Shown: positions 13,116 through 26,589, counted from the first letter of the whole stretch. The stretch: DNA of 63,172 nucleotides, filler included, from Octopus bimaculoides (GCF_001194135.2; 3 parts of 3 records of this genome joined end to end with filler, not necessarily neighbours in it), one strand, 5' to 3'. Translations and numbers: made by a program. Notes: generated from the sequence alone by a model not told the origin.

Positions 13116-13671
13116 TTCTGGTGGTTGTGTGTTGATAGTGAAACGGACTTTTTTATCGAACTAAATCTATAGTATCATTCTTCTAGATGTTTGTTCACAC
13201 TTTACGCTTTAGTTTGTTAAAGAGGAGGCGGGTGGAGTGAAAGAAAAGAAGAGGGAATGTGAGAGCGAGTGAGCAGATAGCCAGCCGATGCATTATGCTC
13301 TCACTCATGTGGTTGGTTGAAGTGTGTTGTGAAAAGAAAGAGAGAATTGTTAAAAACACGAAGATGGGAAGTACATGACTAAAAAGTTTGTTGAATAGGT
13401 AGAGAGAAAGAAAGAAATATAAAGTGCTTAGGAGAGGGGAAATTCTAAATCATATAACATATTATTTTGACTAGAAGTGAAATAAATTAGCAGAAAGAAA
13501 AATAGATAAGAAATAAAATTGCAAATCATCCTTGCTCTTTTAAATAACATCACTTAATCCTTTTCGTTCTGTGGAATTTCCACGATTCTACTAGTATAAA
13601 TAATCTTAGAGAAATTTTAGAAATAGCATATTTACTCTTGAAATATAAATATTGCTTGCAGAAAATAGCTG

Positions 13672-13769
13672 CTATCATCTGTAACTGACGAGTTGTCCAG
13701 TACTGTGGAGTGGCAGAAATAGCTCGAAACCAGGACTGGTCTACTTGCCCCGTCGCTTGGAGATGGTAG
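13672..13769 (+). ncRNA. Candidate type I hammerhead ribozyme
   Basis: CTGACGA (13685-91), G13692-C13725 pair, GAAA (13726-29), helix III CCAG/CTGG, GTC triplet (13739-41), distal helix I CTATCATCT/AGATGGTAG. Helix II and proximal helix I are irregular. Confidence 0.55.
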
Positions 13770-14920
13770 GGATCGCTTCCTTGATCGCAATTTTATCGGA
13801 TGCAGCTGTGCATCGTTAACCAGCTAGATGAAATGTCCTCTTGGGGTAAAAAAACAAAACAAAAATAATCGTTTCAATGCTTTCTTATCTATCATGTCTG
13901 TCATTTGTCGCTGATACAAAATACGGCGCGAAACATTAGCTCCCCGTCTGCTCCTTTCATTGCCATATTTTATCATAACTCACATTTTTTGTTGATTTTC
14001 GGTGAACATTCTAATAAGTTTACACTCATGTCTCTCACACCTAACACTTCATATATTATATATTTATTTGTCTCCTGAACTCAAACATGGTCGTTTTTAT
14101 TTTACGCTCTTCGTTTAATTCTCTCTGTTCTCAAACACACACTCTCTCTCTCTCTCTCTCCATCTGTGCGTGATCCTATCGATATTCATATAGATTTATA
14201 ATGTGATGTGGTGTGTTATCATACCTCCCCTTCTCTTTCAGTCACACAACACACAATCACACGCTTACACATATCACATGTACTAATACATACATTTATA
14301 CACACATGCACGCACGCACACACATACACAGTCAGACACACACACACACATCTATATACATTTTAATATAATTTGTTTAAAAGTTTAATCGCGTATATTT
14401 CAATATATTCATTTCAATAATTTTAATATACTCGGATTGATTCTCATAGAGAAGATAAATTTCCACAAACATTTTCCTAGAATGTTCGCTTCCATGAATA
14501 TATATACGATTTCATAATTATCGTCTTTACACGAATATACATTTTTAATATACTATATTTACAATTTAATCGCATGCGTATTTCAATAATTTTAATACTA
14601 TACAGTTTTTCCCAATAGAATCTCAATTTTTCTATAGATATATATTTATTATTTTCTCAGTCATTCTTTTTAGTCCACATCGCCACCATTTTATCTCACT
14701 CTCTCTTATCAAGTGAATATTTTATTTTATATTTGAGATTTTTCTGATTCTATTCATAAAATTGATCAGAAAGTCGTAAGGAAACTTGTACTGATGTTCG
14801 ATGTTTAACGGGTTAATATTGGTTGAATATATGATCATTATTTCAAAGCAAATAAATATTTGGGTGGCGAAAGCATTCGAGAGAAGGTAGAATTTATTAT
14901 ATCGGTACACACACGCGCGG

Positions 14921-14990
<70 letters not shown>

Positions 14991-16324
14991 GTACACACAC
15001 AGACGTATAGATATATATGAAATTGACCTTTTGTATTTTCGTACTCTCTTTCCTACTTCTTGTTCGTACTGTTTAACTTAATTCCTTTTCCAGGGACATC
15101 GGCGAAATTTGAAACAGGAGCCCATCTTTATATCTAATCTGACATTATTTTCACACTAGATGAAAATAGTAATGCAATAACCATTTAATGGCATATACCT
15201 GATGATTTAGCAGCAGGAAAGCCATATAGTTCTAATAAGTCAACGAAAGTAGAAGATTGCCAAGGAAATGTTTAACTGAAATCACTAATGTATAGTCACA
15301 TATACCTATTTTTGAACATATAGTAAGTTGCATTGGGTATTATTACGTATTAGAAATAATGAAATTCCCTTTTTTCCCCTAAATGAAAAACATTTTCAAC
15401 AAGTGGTCCCATGTCCATTCATATTAGCTTCATAGAAGCCAATCTATTCTTACAAACAAACCCTATCTTCTCATTCACAGGACGATAAAAATAACTAAAT
15501 ATTACTTAAATCCGTGACAACGCGTTAGTTTTTGATTGAAGAAACTTGAATTAAAAGATGTTACATTAATCTATACATGCGTATGATGAATTTCCCATTG
15601 GATCTGTTGCATATATATGCTCTCCAATGTAATGCACATTGATAGATGGATCCCAGCTTTCGAAAATGAGACTGATCAAGATATCGAAGGATTAACTCTG
15701 TATTACCTATAGTCTTTATTTAATCCATTATAGGAGAAATGATAATCTCTTAAGCTGAATCTTATACGAAGTTGTAAACATGTAATACAAAATTTAAAAT
15801 TTCGCTATCTCATATTAGTGTAAGCGATAAAGAAAATAATATTTTGAAATAAGACAAAGATAATATAACTTTAGAAAGAAATAACATATAATAATATGTT
15901 TAGTGTTAAAAAAATTCATTATAATCAAATCATTTCTATTTGTACAAATTCAGAGCAGAATAGAATGAATAAGATCAGATGTTTACATCAACCCAAGATC
16001 ATATTCACTCCCCAGACAAACTCCATTTAACTTTCAGAGTTATCTTTCTTCAATCGAGAAAAGGAAATGTCATTGATATTATTGTTATTTTGTTATTACT
16101 ACGAGTGTAATTTTACTCATTCATTATAACTAATTCTCATATGGAATTATACTCAGTTTCCATTTGCTTATTGTGACATGTACACTAGAGGCGGGAAATA
16201 ATTTTATAATTTAATAAATCTAGAATTTATGTTGTATGGTATTTGATATGGCGCTATTTGTCCATCTTGTTCATATACATACCACTGATTAAACAGTTAA
16301 TTTGTCTAGTTCATTCTGGTTTAA

Positions 16325-16328
16325 TGTA

Positions 16329-16376
<48 letters not shown>

Positions 16377-16390
16377 TCTGTCTATGTATG

Positions 16391-16424
<34 letters not shown>

Positions 16425-16582
16425 TGTATGTATGTATGTATCTATCTATCTATCTATCTATTTCTCTATCTGTCTGTCTGTCTCTCTGTATAACTGTCTC
16501 TATCTCTCTCTCTGTCTCTCTCTGTCTCTCTATCTCTCTCTGTCTGTCTGTCTCTCTCTGTCTCTCTCTATCTCTCTCTGTC

Positions 16583-16627
<45 letters not shown>

Positions 16628-16733
16628 GTCTGTCTCTCTGTCTGTCTCTCTCTGTCTGTCTCTCTCTGTCCGTCTCTCTCTGTCTGTCTGTCTCTCTGTC
16701 TGTCTCTGTCTCTGTCTGTCTGTCTCTCTCTCT
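16325..16733. repeat. Compound microsatellite (TGTC)n/(TATC)n/(TATG)n/(TC)n
   Basis: Directly visible. Confidence 0.97.
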
Positions 16734-16804
16734 GATTAAAATAATGTCATTTATTTTCATGTGTGGTCTATTTATGAGTTCAAAAACCGTAGTAACACTC
16801 CTCT

Positions 16805-17990
16805 TTTCTCCATGACTGGCTCATGGGCGGGTGCTGTCTATCTTGATTTTACTAAAGCCTTCTACTCTGTGCCACACAAACGAATTATGGTAAAATTTTC
16901 TGTAATGAGTATGAAGGATGATCTTTGTAACTGGCTGAAGTCCTTCATTCTCGGTCGAAAAGAGTGAGTTACGGTTCTAGGACATCATTCTTAACCCTAC
17001 AAGATGACTTCTGGTATACCATAGGGATCCGTTCTTGGACCCCTACTGTTGTTGTATATATTAATTGTATAAATGCCAATTTGTGGAATGTTACAGTGCT
17101 GAACTATGCAGATGACATCAAGCTGTACGTCGAAATAAAAACAACAGACCCTATGTGCTATGTATCTTTCCTGCAAACAGACCTGGATATACTGTAGCAA
17201 TGGATCTCTGACTTGCAACTGAAGATAGCTCTGGACAAAGACGTCATTATGCATTTTGGGAGGAAAAATCCAGCCTTTACATACTCCTTCGGCAACACCA
17301 ATCTCAACAAATCTTCGAGCGCACGTGATCTGGGCAGTATTGTAAACAACGATTTGCTTTGGACAAGTTCTAAGAGTGTGAAGAAATCTGAGGGAGTGCC
17401 AGCATCACTCAGTAAGACACTTGACAGCCGTCTCCAACTATCTATTTAAAATTCTATACGACAATGGTACGTCCACACTTGGAATGTGCATTACCAGTCT
17501 GGAACCCCTATCTTCAGCATATAAATATCATGGAAACTGTTCAGAAACGTGGAACAAAGGAATACACGCCGTCAGACATCTATCATACTCTGAACATCTT
17601 GCTTCCCTGGGCGTGGATACAATGAAACTCACACGCTTGGCAACTGGCTTCGTAAACACCCACAAGATTATCCACCATCTTTCCGACAACAATCTTGAGC
17701 ACCGTTCTGAATTCCATATGACAACTTATGCTTATAAAACCCCAAAACGTGCTTATAGTATAAAATAAAAATACAACACCCATGACTTTCGGAAACATTG
17801 TTTCTCGCTCAGAATTGCTGAAGCATAGAATAAACTACCTGCATTAGTTGTTAGCTATGGAGATACCACAACCTTCTAGACTTCCATGCTTCCTAAACTC
17901 CACCAACAGTACATCTGATGGCCTTTTTTTTAGTTGTACTGCACCTGACCACTGTACACAACACTTTTCTTCATTATATAGATTCCTGTC
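16805..17990 (+). mobile_element. CR1/L2-group LINE, 3' part (RT), decayed
   Basis: AVYLDFTKAFYSVPHKR, CNWLKSFILGR, LNYADDIKLY, LQTDLD, RDLGSIV, HCFSLRIAEA in shifting frames with stops. Confidence 0.9.
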
Positions 17991-18039
17991 TTTAATATAA
18001 CAAGCACATGCACGCGGACACGGATAGAAGTTTATCTCC

Positions 18040-18320
18040 CAAACACATGGTTCTTCTACTATAACTTCAGGCAGACCAAAGCCTTGGGAGTGTACATACA
18101 TACATACATATGTGTGCGTGCGTTTATCTTTGTGTCTGTGTTTGTTCCCAACCAACCTGTGTTGGTGTATTTACGACCCGAAACTTAGCGGTTCGGCAAA
18201 ATAGACCGTTAGAATAAGTACCAGGATTAAAATAAAGTACTTGAGTCGGTTCATTAGATTAACAATTCTTCAACGCGCTGTTGCACTTTGACCGCAGACT
18301 AATGACTGACACAAGTTAAA
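18040..18320 (+). mobile_element. SINE family C, partial
   Basis: cttctactataacttcaggcagaccaaagccttg...ttagcggttcggcaaaa...agaataagtacc; matches 18698-19165. Confidence 0.75.
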
Positions 18321-18697
18321 GTTAATACGTACGTAAATGCACATACACGTAAAAGAAGACACATTCACACACATGCATACGCACACACATATACTTACAT
18401 ACATATCCTGTACCGAAGGAAATAACTGAAAGTGGTTCACAGAATGAATTTGTCAGTAACATCTTCAGATTTATGCCAGATGCCGTGCAGGAAGGTCTTT
18501 GAAGTACTGAAATATTTTTTTTCTGAGAGAGAATGTACGGAATTACTTAGGAGTATTGGCCAAAGTTTCTAAATAACAGGGATTGGTACAAGAATAAAAA
18601 AAAAATTGTACACATTTACATTTCGTTGAAGGAAATCTGTTCTGATTTGCTTTTTTCTGGAGGAACACTTTGAACAAGTGTTTCTCAGTGCATAAAT

Positions 18698-19165
18698 GGC
18701 GCAAGAATAGCTGTGTGGTAAGTAGCTTGCTTACCAAGCACATGGTTTCGGGTTCAGTCCCACTGCGTGGCACCTTGGGCAACTGTCTTCTATTATTGCC
18801 TCGGGCCGACCAAAGCCTTGTGATTGCATTTGGTAGACGGAAACTGAAAGAAACCCGTCGTATATATATATGTGTGTGTGTGTATGTATGTATATGTATA
18901 TATATATATATGTGTGTGTGTGTGTGAGTGTGCGTGTGTTGTGTGTGAGTGTGTGTGTATGTTTGTCTGTGTGTGCCCCCTCCCCAACATCGCTTGACAA
19001 CCGATGCCTGTGTGTTTACCTCCCCGTAACTTAGCGGTTCGGCAAAAGATGGATAGAATACTTACTAGGCTCACAAAGAAATAGTCCTGTGGTCGAGTTG
19101 CTCAACTAAAGGCGGTGCTCCAGCATGGCCGCAGTCAAAATGACTGAAAGAGGTAAAAGAATAAA
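18698..19165 (+). mobile_element. SINE family C, near full length (tRNA-like head, internal TA/TG microsatellite)
   Basis: ggcgcaagaatagctgtgtggtaagtagcttgc...gggttcagtcccactgcgtggcaccttgggcaa...aaagaaacccgtcg-(TA/TG)n-...ggtgctccagcatggccgcagtc; many homologues in the window. Confidence 0.9.
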
Positions 19166-20103
19166 ATAATAAAAAACCTTTTTTACACAGTATTGATCTT
19201 CCTTGGTCCCAGCCAGACAAAATTCAAAAGACACTGATCACTGTGACATCTTCCACATGGACGATTTACTGAAGTTAGCTTTAAATCAGACTAAGTTAAG
19301 CAAAAAAAAAAAAAAAAAAATTGAGACTTGATACAAAATCAAATTGAAAATCAGAGATGATAACAAAATAAACAAATTAATTAAATAAAAGCCGATCTGG
19401 TCTCTTCTGGCGCTAAGGGAGAGCTTTTAACAGGAGTATCTATCTCGATAATCGTTAGTAGCGCAAAATTGCTCTTCGTTGATTGCATAATAATGGAATA
19501 ACCACAAAGAGTACGAAACAATTTTGCCCAAGTGTAGATAGCCGAANNNNNNNNNNNNNNNNNNNNNNNNNNNNNNNNNNNNNNNNNNNNNNNNNNNNNN
19601 NNNNNNNNNNNNNNNNNNNNNNNNNNNNNNNNNNNNNNNNNNNNNNNNNNNNNNNNNNNNNNNNNNNNNNNNNNNNNNNNNNNNNNNNNNNNNNNNNNNN
19701 NNNNNNNNNNNNNNNNNNNNNNNNNNNNNNNNNNNNNNNNNNNNNNNNNNNNNNNNNNNNNNNNNNNNNNNNNNNNNNNNNNNNNNNNNNNNNNNNNNNN
19801 NNNNNNNNNNNNNNNNNNNNNNNNNNNNNNNNNNNNNNNNNNNNNNNNNNNNNNNNNNNNNNNNNNNNNNNNNNNNNNNNNNNNNNNNNNNNNNNNNNNN
19901 NNNNNNNNNNNNNNNNNNNNNNNNNNNNNNNNNNNNNNNNNNNNNNNNNNNNNNNNNNNNNNNNNNNNNNNNNNNNNNNNNNNNNNNNNNNNNNNNNNNN
20001 NNNNNNNNNNNNNNNNNNNNNNNNNNNNNNNNNNNNNNNNNNNNNNNNNNNNNNNNNNNNNNNNNNNNNNNNNNNNNNNNNNNNNNNNNNNNNNNNNNNN
20101 NNN

Positions 20104-20140
<37 letters not shown>

Positions 20141-20806
20141 GAACAGAAGTAAAGCGAGATATATAATTATGTAAATCGATAGATAAATGCAACCGGATAT
20201 GTGTGCTTGTGTGCGTGTGCGTGCGTGTGCTTGTGTGTGTGTGTGTGTGTATGTGTGTGTGTGTATGTGTGTGTGTGTGTGTGTGTTCAAATAATTGGAT
20301 AAAAAGAAAATGAATAAAAGACACTTCGGACGGACATAGATATACAGAAATGTGTACAGAGATAAAAAGAGAGAGAGATGTAAAGATAGGAAGAGAGCAA
20401 GATATAGACGCAGACAGAGACGAAAGTGGAATGGTTTGTATTTGTCCATGAGATAACTTAAGCAGTTGTAAACAGCTTTGACAAGCGGAAGATGGCTACC
20501 TTAATCAGCTTTGATGTGTTTACTTTAAAATCTGATTACTGCATTGCAATATCTTCCATACGCTACCCAACACCCATGCACCTGCAGCGTATATAGAATC
20601 GGATACTTGGACAAACACGATTAATATAACTGACACAAGCATACATTGTAGACGCAGACACACGCGCGCAGAAACACACACGCACACACACACACATACA
20701 CACACACACACACATACACACACACACACTCATTAACATAGGTTCTAAACAAACGCATACACTCACAAACAGAAATATAGAGATGCAGATATACACATAT
20801 GCAGTC

Positions 20807-20847
<41 letters not shown>

Positions 20848-20959
20848 TTTATTTATATATATAAATGTATACACAAACACATATTCTTTTATATTCTTTT
20901 ATCTGTTACAGTATTGTGGCCATACTAGAGCATCACCTTAATTTATTTTCTTTCAGTTT

Positions 20960-21850
20960 TGTTGTCGCTTTATGGTTAGAGGTTGCTGTATGGTTGTGCT
21001 TGTAGCAGCTGGTCTTTCCTGAGTGTATCCTAGAATGGTTACCTGGTCCGGTACCTTTGTTATGAGTTCATTCAATGTTTATTCGTTTCTATATTTCGGT
21101 AGACGTCCTTTTTCATATTTCTGATTTCTTTAAATAGGCAGGTGAACGTTTGACATTTGTAGAACAGGGTGTTTTTGGAGGTGAGTTCGAAGGTGTTTTA
21201 TTTGGAAATGACATTCTCTACCAGTTCGCGCATTGAAAGTTTCTCTTATGCCAAAGTTTGGGACAAGCTCCACCAGAATTTCCCATTCGGGTATGATAAT
21301 ATATATCACGCAATGCGGCTTTCAAGGGAGTAGACGCAAAACTTTCAAACGTTCTCAGTAATTAAGGAATTTAACCGAAGTTAATTTATAGGTAAACGCT
21401 GTTCGTAACCCTTCGGCTCTTTTATGAGACAGAATGTATTTGAAGACCAAAGCTGGGAGCTAATCTGCTTAGAACTAAGGTCTTCCACAGAATCAGCATA
21501 ACCACTAATTCTCTTGTCACGAAGGTTCGTGGGATCCCTCCGATAAGATGTCTGCATTTAAAAGTCAGTTTGGTGATGTGGCTGATGACAGAAGCATCAT
21601 TTAACATGATCTCACCCAAGTCACGTATGTCAGAAGCGCTCTGAATCATTGTATTGTCTGGTGTCAATGAATGTGACTTTTGTGTATTCCCTCCGTAATG
21701 AAGGACCTGACATTTTGATGTATGAAACGTAATTTTTTTTTATCGATCCACTGATAAATGAAGTTTAGTTCATATTGGAATGCGACGGTGTCTTCTGGAG
21801 TCTGAGTAGCATTCGACATTTTGTCTTTGGCGAAGCGCATTAAGTTGGCC
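20960..21850 (-). mobile_element. CR1/L2-group LINE, RT C-terminal half, decayed
   Basis: Minus strand: RFAKDKMS (SFADDTK-like), IRDLGEIM, KTLVLSRL, GRLPKYRN, VPDQVTILGYTQ. Confidence 0.8.
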
Positions 21851-22199
21851 GAGTGCACTTGTAATCTTATAGCTAACAGTATGATTGTTATTATATGAGT
21901 ATATACGTCTTGTGTAAAATGGTATTACTCAAATAAATAGTTGGTTGTGGTTATCTAAAATAAGCTATCGCAAAAAATATATGCAAAGACAGAACGCACT
22001 CCGTACTATTGGAACGTAGGTACGATACTCACTATTCACTGTTCAACTACCGACTGTTAAACCAACGCAGTCGAGCTAACATTGACAACCACGTCCCTGA
22101 AAGTTCAATCAGTTATTTATTGTCATCAGTCAGTCTATATTCAATCACGTGGGGCTGCTCAGAATTCTCCCATAACAATGATGATGAATAATTCTTTCA

Positions 22200-22400
22200 G
22201 ATTTTGCCACAAGGGCAGTAAATTTGAAGGCGGTGATGAGTCGATTACATCAATTCCAGTGTTCAACTGCTACTTGTTTCATCGACTCTGAAAGGCTGGA
22301 AGGTAAAGTCGACCTCAGCGGAATTTGAACTCAGGACCTAGTGACGGGCGAAATACCGCTAAGCATTTCGTCCAGCGCGCTAACGATTTGCCAGCTCACC
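22200..22400 (-). mobile_element. SINE family A copy
   Basis: Reverse complement of the family A body (gaaggtaaagtcgacctcagcggaatttgaactcag...gccagctcacc). Confidence 0.85.
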
Positions 22401-22459
22401 AATAATGGCCCTAAAACCGTGTTCAGGGGATTATCACTTACAACAGGTGGCTATGAGAG

Positions 22460-22810
22460 AGAACCATGTGAAGAGAGAAAACCATTGGAAGTAACAGATT
22501 GATTCCTACTCTGTAGGAAGTCAAAGAGCTATGTTCCAACTTTTCTTGTGATACCAAGATCCCTTAGCCTAGGAGAGATGATTCAATCACCAAACTCATC
22601 AAACGCCTTAGCAAAATCAAGGTATATACAGTCAGTGCCCATCCTTCACAAGAGTTTATTAAGGAGAGTGGAGGGGGAGATGTACCTAACGAGTAAATTT
22701 GTTGAAAAGCAAGAGAATGCTGCGGGAAAATCCTGAGGGAATGAAGTTACTCTAAGCATGATCCTGTAGGCTGCGTTGTACAGAAGTGAGAGACAAATTT
22801 GCCATCTTAC
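22460..22810 (-). mobile_element. CR1/L2-group LINE RT fragment, probably the upstream part of the 20960-21850 element
   Basis: Minus strand: MGTDCIYLDFAKAFD...LRDLGITRKVGT*LFDFLQSRNQSV. Same strand and correct motif order relative to 21850. Confidence 0.75.
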
Positions 22811-22999
22811 TCACTTTGAGCCGGGTCGCCCCTGGCTAGCCTATCCCTCCCTAAGGGCGAATTTACAGTTATAATTCTCTTGGTGATGGTTTTTCTCTTT
22901 CGTTTACACGCGTTTATATATAGACTCGTTGTCCTTCGTCTTCGTATTGTCCTAAACGTTATTTTGCTGCCCTTGTGGCCAATCAAAGGATGTGACTAT

Positions 23000-23229
23000 T
23001 ATTATTATTAGTAGTAGTAGTAATAGTAGTAGTAGAAGTAATAGTAGTTGTAGCAGCAGAGGTGGCAGTAGTAGTAGTTTTAGTAGTAATAGTAGTAATA
23101 GTAGTGCAGTAGTTGTAGTAGTAGAAGTAGTGGCAGTAGTAGTAGTTGTTGTAGTGGTAGTTGTGTAGTAGTAGTAGTTGTAGTAGTAGTAATAGTAGTA
23201 GTTGTAGTAACAATAGTAGTAGCAGTAAC

Positions 23230-23286
<57 letters not shown>
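23000..23286. repeat. Degenerate (AGT)n trinucleotide microsatellite
   Basis: Directly visible. Confidence 0.95.
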
Positions 23287-23287
<1 letters not shown>

Positions 23288-23369
23288 TCCAGTGAAAAGC
23301 TGACTGAGTTATAAAAGTGAATCAGAGGTGGTTGCCATGCTTGGCTGATTTTAGCTTTTCTTCCTGCAG

Positions 23370-23480
23370 ATGCTTTAGTTTTGCTATTGAATGAGATGAA
23401 AGCAACAGAAAACAGCAACCGACAGGAAGTGTCTGAGTCACCAGTTACTTTCGTTACTAGTCACTCGTCCTCTCCTTTCG
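23370..23480 (+). CDS. Candidate internal coding exon (111 nt, phase 1-1) of an unidentified gene
   Basis: Acceptor ttttagcttttcttcctgcag and donor TCG|gtaagt; length divisible by 3; only the phase-consistent frame is open: (D)ALVLLLNEMKATENSNRQEVSESPVTFVTSHSSSPF. No homology recognised. Confidence 0.45.
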
Positions 23481-23794
23481 GTAAGTAGGAATAGTAACTA
23501 TATTACACATCGTCGCTGCAAATATCACAGCCACATGACATTTCACTACCACTACTACTAATACTACTACGTGGCAACGAGGCTTATTTATCTACCTAAT
23601 AAAAAAATTTGTACGATAGCTACACACTAGCCAATCTTCTTCGCCGACATTTCTGAATTAATTTTGCTGACGAAAAATCAACGAAATGCAGGTCCATTAA
23701 CTTTCGACTCGAAACAACTAACATGTCCTAAAATCAGTTTTTACCTGCTTAAAAAGAATGGTTAATTTATTTCTTGTCCCTTCTATGTTTAACC

Positions 23795-24008
23795 GAGGTT
23801 TAAACATAGAGGGGACAAACAAGGACAGATAAAGGCATTGAGACGATTACATCGACCCCACTGCATAACTGGTATTTATTTCATCGACTCCAAAAGAATG
23901 AAAGGCAAAGTTGACCTCGGCGGAATTTGAAATCAGAATGTAACGGTAGACGAAATACTGCTAAGCATTTCGCCCGGCATGTTAACGATTCTGCCAGCTC
24001 GCTACCCT
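23795..24008 (-). mobile_element. SINE family A copy
   Basis: Reverse-complement body with the ggggacaaacaaggaca tail variant. Confidence 0.85.
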
Positions 24009-24169
24009 TAATGGTAAATTTATATTGACCAGCGAATGCTGTCCTAGATATAGAATCTTAGAAAAAAAAAATGGAATATCCAGGAATCCCTTTTGTTTGG
24101 TCATACATCCCTTGGATCAACTTCGATGTTGTTCTAAAATGTCAAACACTTTGAAGAAGAAACGATGTC

Positions 24170-24330
24170 CGGCGTGGCTGTGTCGCTGTCTCTCGCCTAC
24201 ATGGTCTCTCGTTCAGTCCCACTTCGTGAAACAATGGTCAAGTTATTTCTACAGAAACTGCTGTAACTTTGAGCCGATCAAATACTTGTGGGTGGATTTG
24301 GCAGATGGAAACTGAAAGAAGCAGCCTGTG
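24170..24330 (+). mobile_element. SINE family C, 5' part
   Basis: ggcgtggctgtgt...gttcagtcccac...ggatttggcagatggaaactgaaagaagc. Confidence 0.7.
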
Positions 24331-24343
24331 AATATTTATATAT

Positions 24344-24459
24344 CGTGGAGTTTTAGGTGTTTTCGCTCAATAAACACTCACAACGGCCGGTCTGGGAATC
24401 GAAACCGCGATCCTATGACCGCGAGTCCGCTCCCCTAACCATTGGGCCATTGCGCCTCC
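24344..24459 (-). mobile_element. SINE family B, tRNA-like head
   Basis: Reverse complement nearly identical to 30313-30430. Confidence 0.9.
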
Positions 24460-24483
24460 ACACACACACACACACACACACAG

Positions 24484-24499
<16 letters not shown>

Positions 24500-24514
<15 letters not shown>

Positions 24515-24640
24515 CACATGACCGGCTTTCTCTCAGTGTCTATTCACCACATCCACCGAAGGCTTTGATCAACTTGAGGCTATAGAAGGCATATGCCCGA
24601 GGTGCCACACAGTGGGACTGAAACCGAAACTATGCTGTTG
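24500..24640 (-). mobile_element. SINE family C, 5' part
   Basis: aggtgccacacagtgggactgaaacc is the reverse complement of the family C head. Confidence 0.7.
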
Positions 24641-25329
24641 GGAAGCAAACATATATACGTTTATACATATATATATATATATATACTTATGTATGTATGC
24701 ATGTGTGGTGTGTGTGTCTCTCTACTTTGCATTTCTGTCTTGGGTGTATTTATGTATGAATCTGTGTCTACCCATATATATGTATGCGTATATATACATA
24801 CATATATCGAAAGAGAGATAGAGAGATTGAGAGAATCGGTGACAGAAAATTCAGGCATACCATACACTGAACCTTCATAAAAGAAAGGCGAACAGCGTCA
24901 CGTGGTTTATGAGTAAACCTGAAGTAGGTCAGAGCCAAGCTTTGCAGAGCCATCCTTCATGTACAATCTCAGCCAGTTGCGTCTGTTTTATTGATTTCTC
25001 TGGACCTGAAACGACTTCTTTCTGGAAAAGATAGGATACAGCTGAGTAACTCGACACGTGTGTATTGATTTTATTTTGTATTCAGACACAAAGCGACAAA
25101 TTTATAAGGGAGCACGTATAAAACTATATGTCATCCACACCTTTCTGGCAGGAAGTTGTCTTTATCAGAAATGAATTGGTTTAATTGGCAGGTTTTTATC
25201 GACCTAGTTTTGTGTGAGGGGAACATTTCTAACGCGTTGGAGATGAAACCTCAATAAGGCAACGTGGGTTGCTGCACATTTCATTGCTTGTACCAGTTTT
25301 TACCTTTTAATTATGTTATTTATTAGACT

Positions 25330-25556
25330 GCGGCCATGCTAGGGCAGTGCCTTGAAGAATTTTTGTCGAACATCTCGGCTCCTGTGCTTATTTCTTTGTA
25401 AGCCTGGTACATAGCCTATCCATCTTTTTTTTCCGATCGGCTACTTTACGGCGACGTAAGCACACCATCACCGGTTACTAAGCTGATGCGGGACAACCAC
25501 ACACACACGCACACAAACACACACACACACACACACATACAGACACGCACACACAG

Positions 25557-25595
<39 letters not shown>

Positions 25596-25760
25596 ACGGG
25601 CTTCATTCAGTTTCCGTCTACTAAACCCATTGACAAGGCTCTGGTCGGCACGAGGCTATAGTAAAAGTAACCTACCCAAAGTGCTACGCACTGAGACTGA
25701 ACCTGTTACCATGTGGTTGGAAAGCAAACCTCTTACTCCACATCTACGCCTGCGCCTATG
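25330..25760 (-). mobile_element. SINE family C, near full length
   Basis: gactgcggccatgctagggca...(CA)n(TA)n acgggcttcattcagtttccgtcta...cctgcgcc. Confidence 0.85.
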
Positions 25761-26309
25761 TTAATTTTATTTCCATCGCCTACCTTTTATGGATGATAGT
25801 TAATTTATAAACGGGGCGTGATATAGTAAATCGGTTCAGCTTCACTGAGTGCATTAATTATTTAATTGACCAGCTTGCAAATAAATATCAGGTTATGAAT
25901 GCATTTACTAAGTAAAAAGTATGGGAACCTTTCGTAGCTTAAGTAAGGACGCAATTTATTTTTCTTTATTTCTATATGTTCCATAACTTTGTTTCCCCAA
26001 ATCAGATGACCTCACACATTGGCGCAGACTTCATATGTTTGTGATAAATAAGCACAGTTCATTGACTCAACTATATTACAAAACAATAGATATTAACTTC
26101 TTCGACCTCGCAGTCATGGATGTTGAGTCTGACAGGGACTGGTTTTAAACCAGAACAGAATGGCAGAAATATTACTAAACTGTTCTGTGTATCAATGAAT
26201 TGCACGCCAGTCTGAGATTAATGCCACTATCTCCATGGGATGGAAAACTATAATTTTTTTATGTAAAAGGGACACGATGTGTTATAATTTTTGTCTTTTT
26301 CTTGTTTCA

Positions 26310-26500
26310 GTTATTAGACTGCGGCCATGCTGGGGCATCGTCTTGACGAATTTTTAGTTGAATGAATCGATCTCGGTACTTAGTTGCTTTTAAAGATTGC
26401 TACTTATTCTGTCGGTCTTTTTACAGAACCTCTAAATTACAGAGACGTAAACACACCCCCACCAGTTGTCAAGCGGTGGCGGAAGACAAACATAAACAAT
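26310..26500 (-). mobile_element. SINE family C, 3' part
   Basis: gactgcggccatgctggggca...acgtaaacacacc. Confidence 0.7.
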
Positions 26501-26589
26501 TCCTAGACCGGTCAGTGTCCTGTGTTCTTGGGCAAAACACTTCATCTCACGTTGCTCTGAGATCACTTGGACACTTAGCGCGTGCTACA

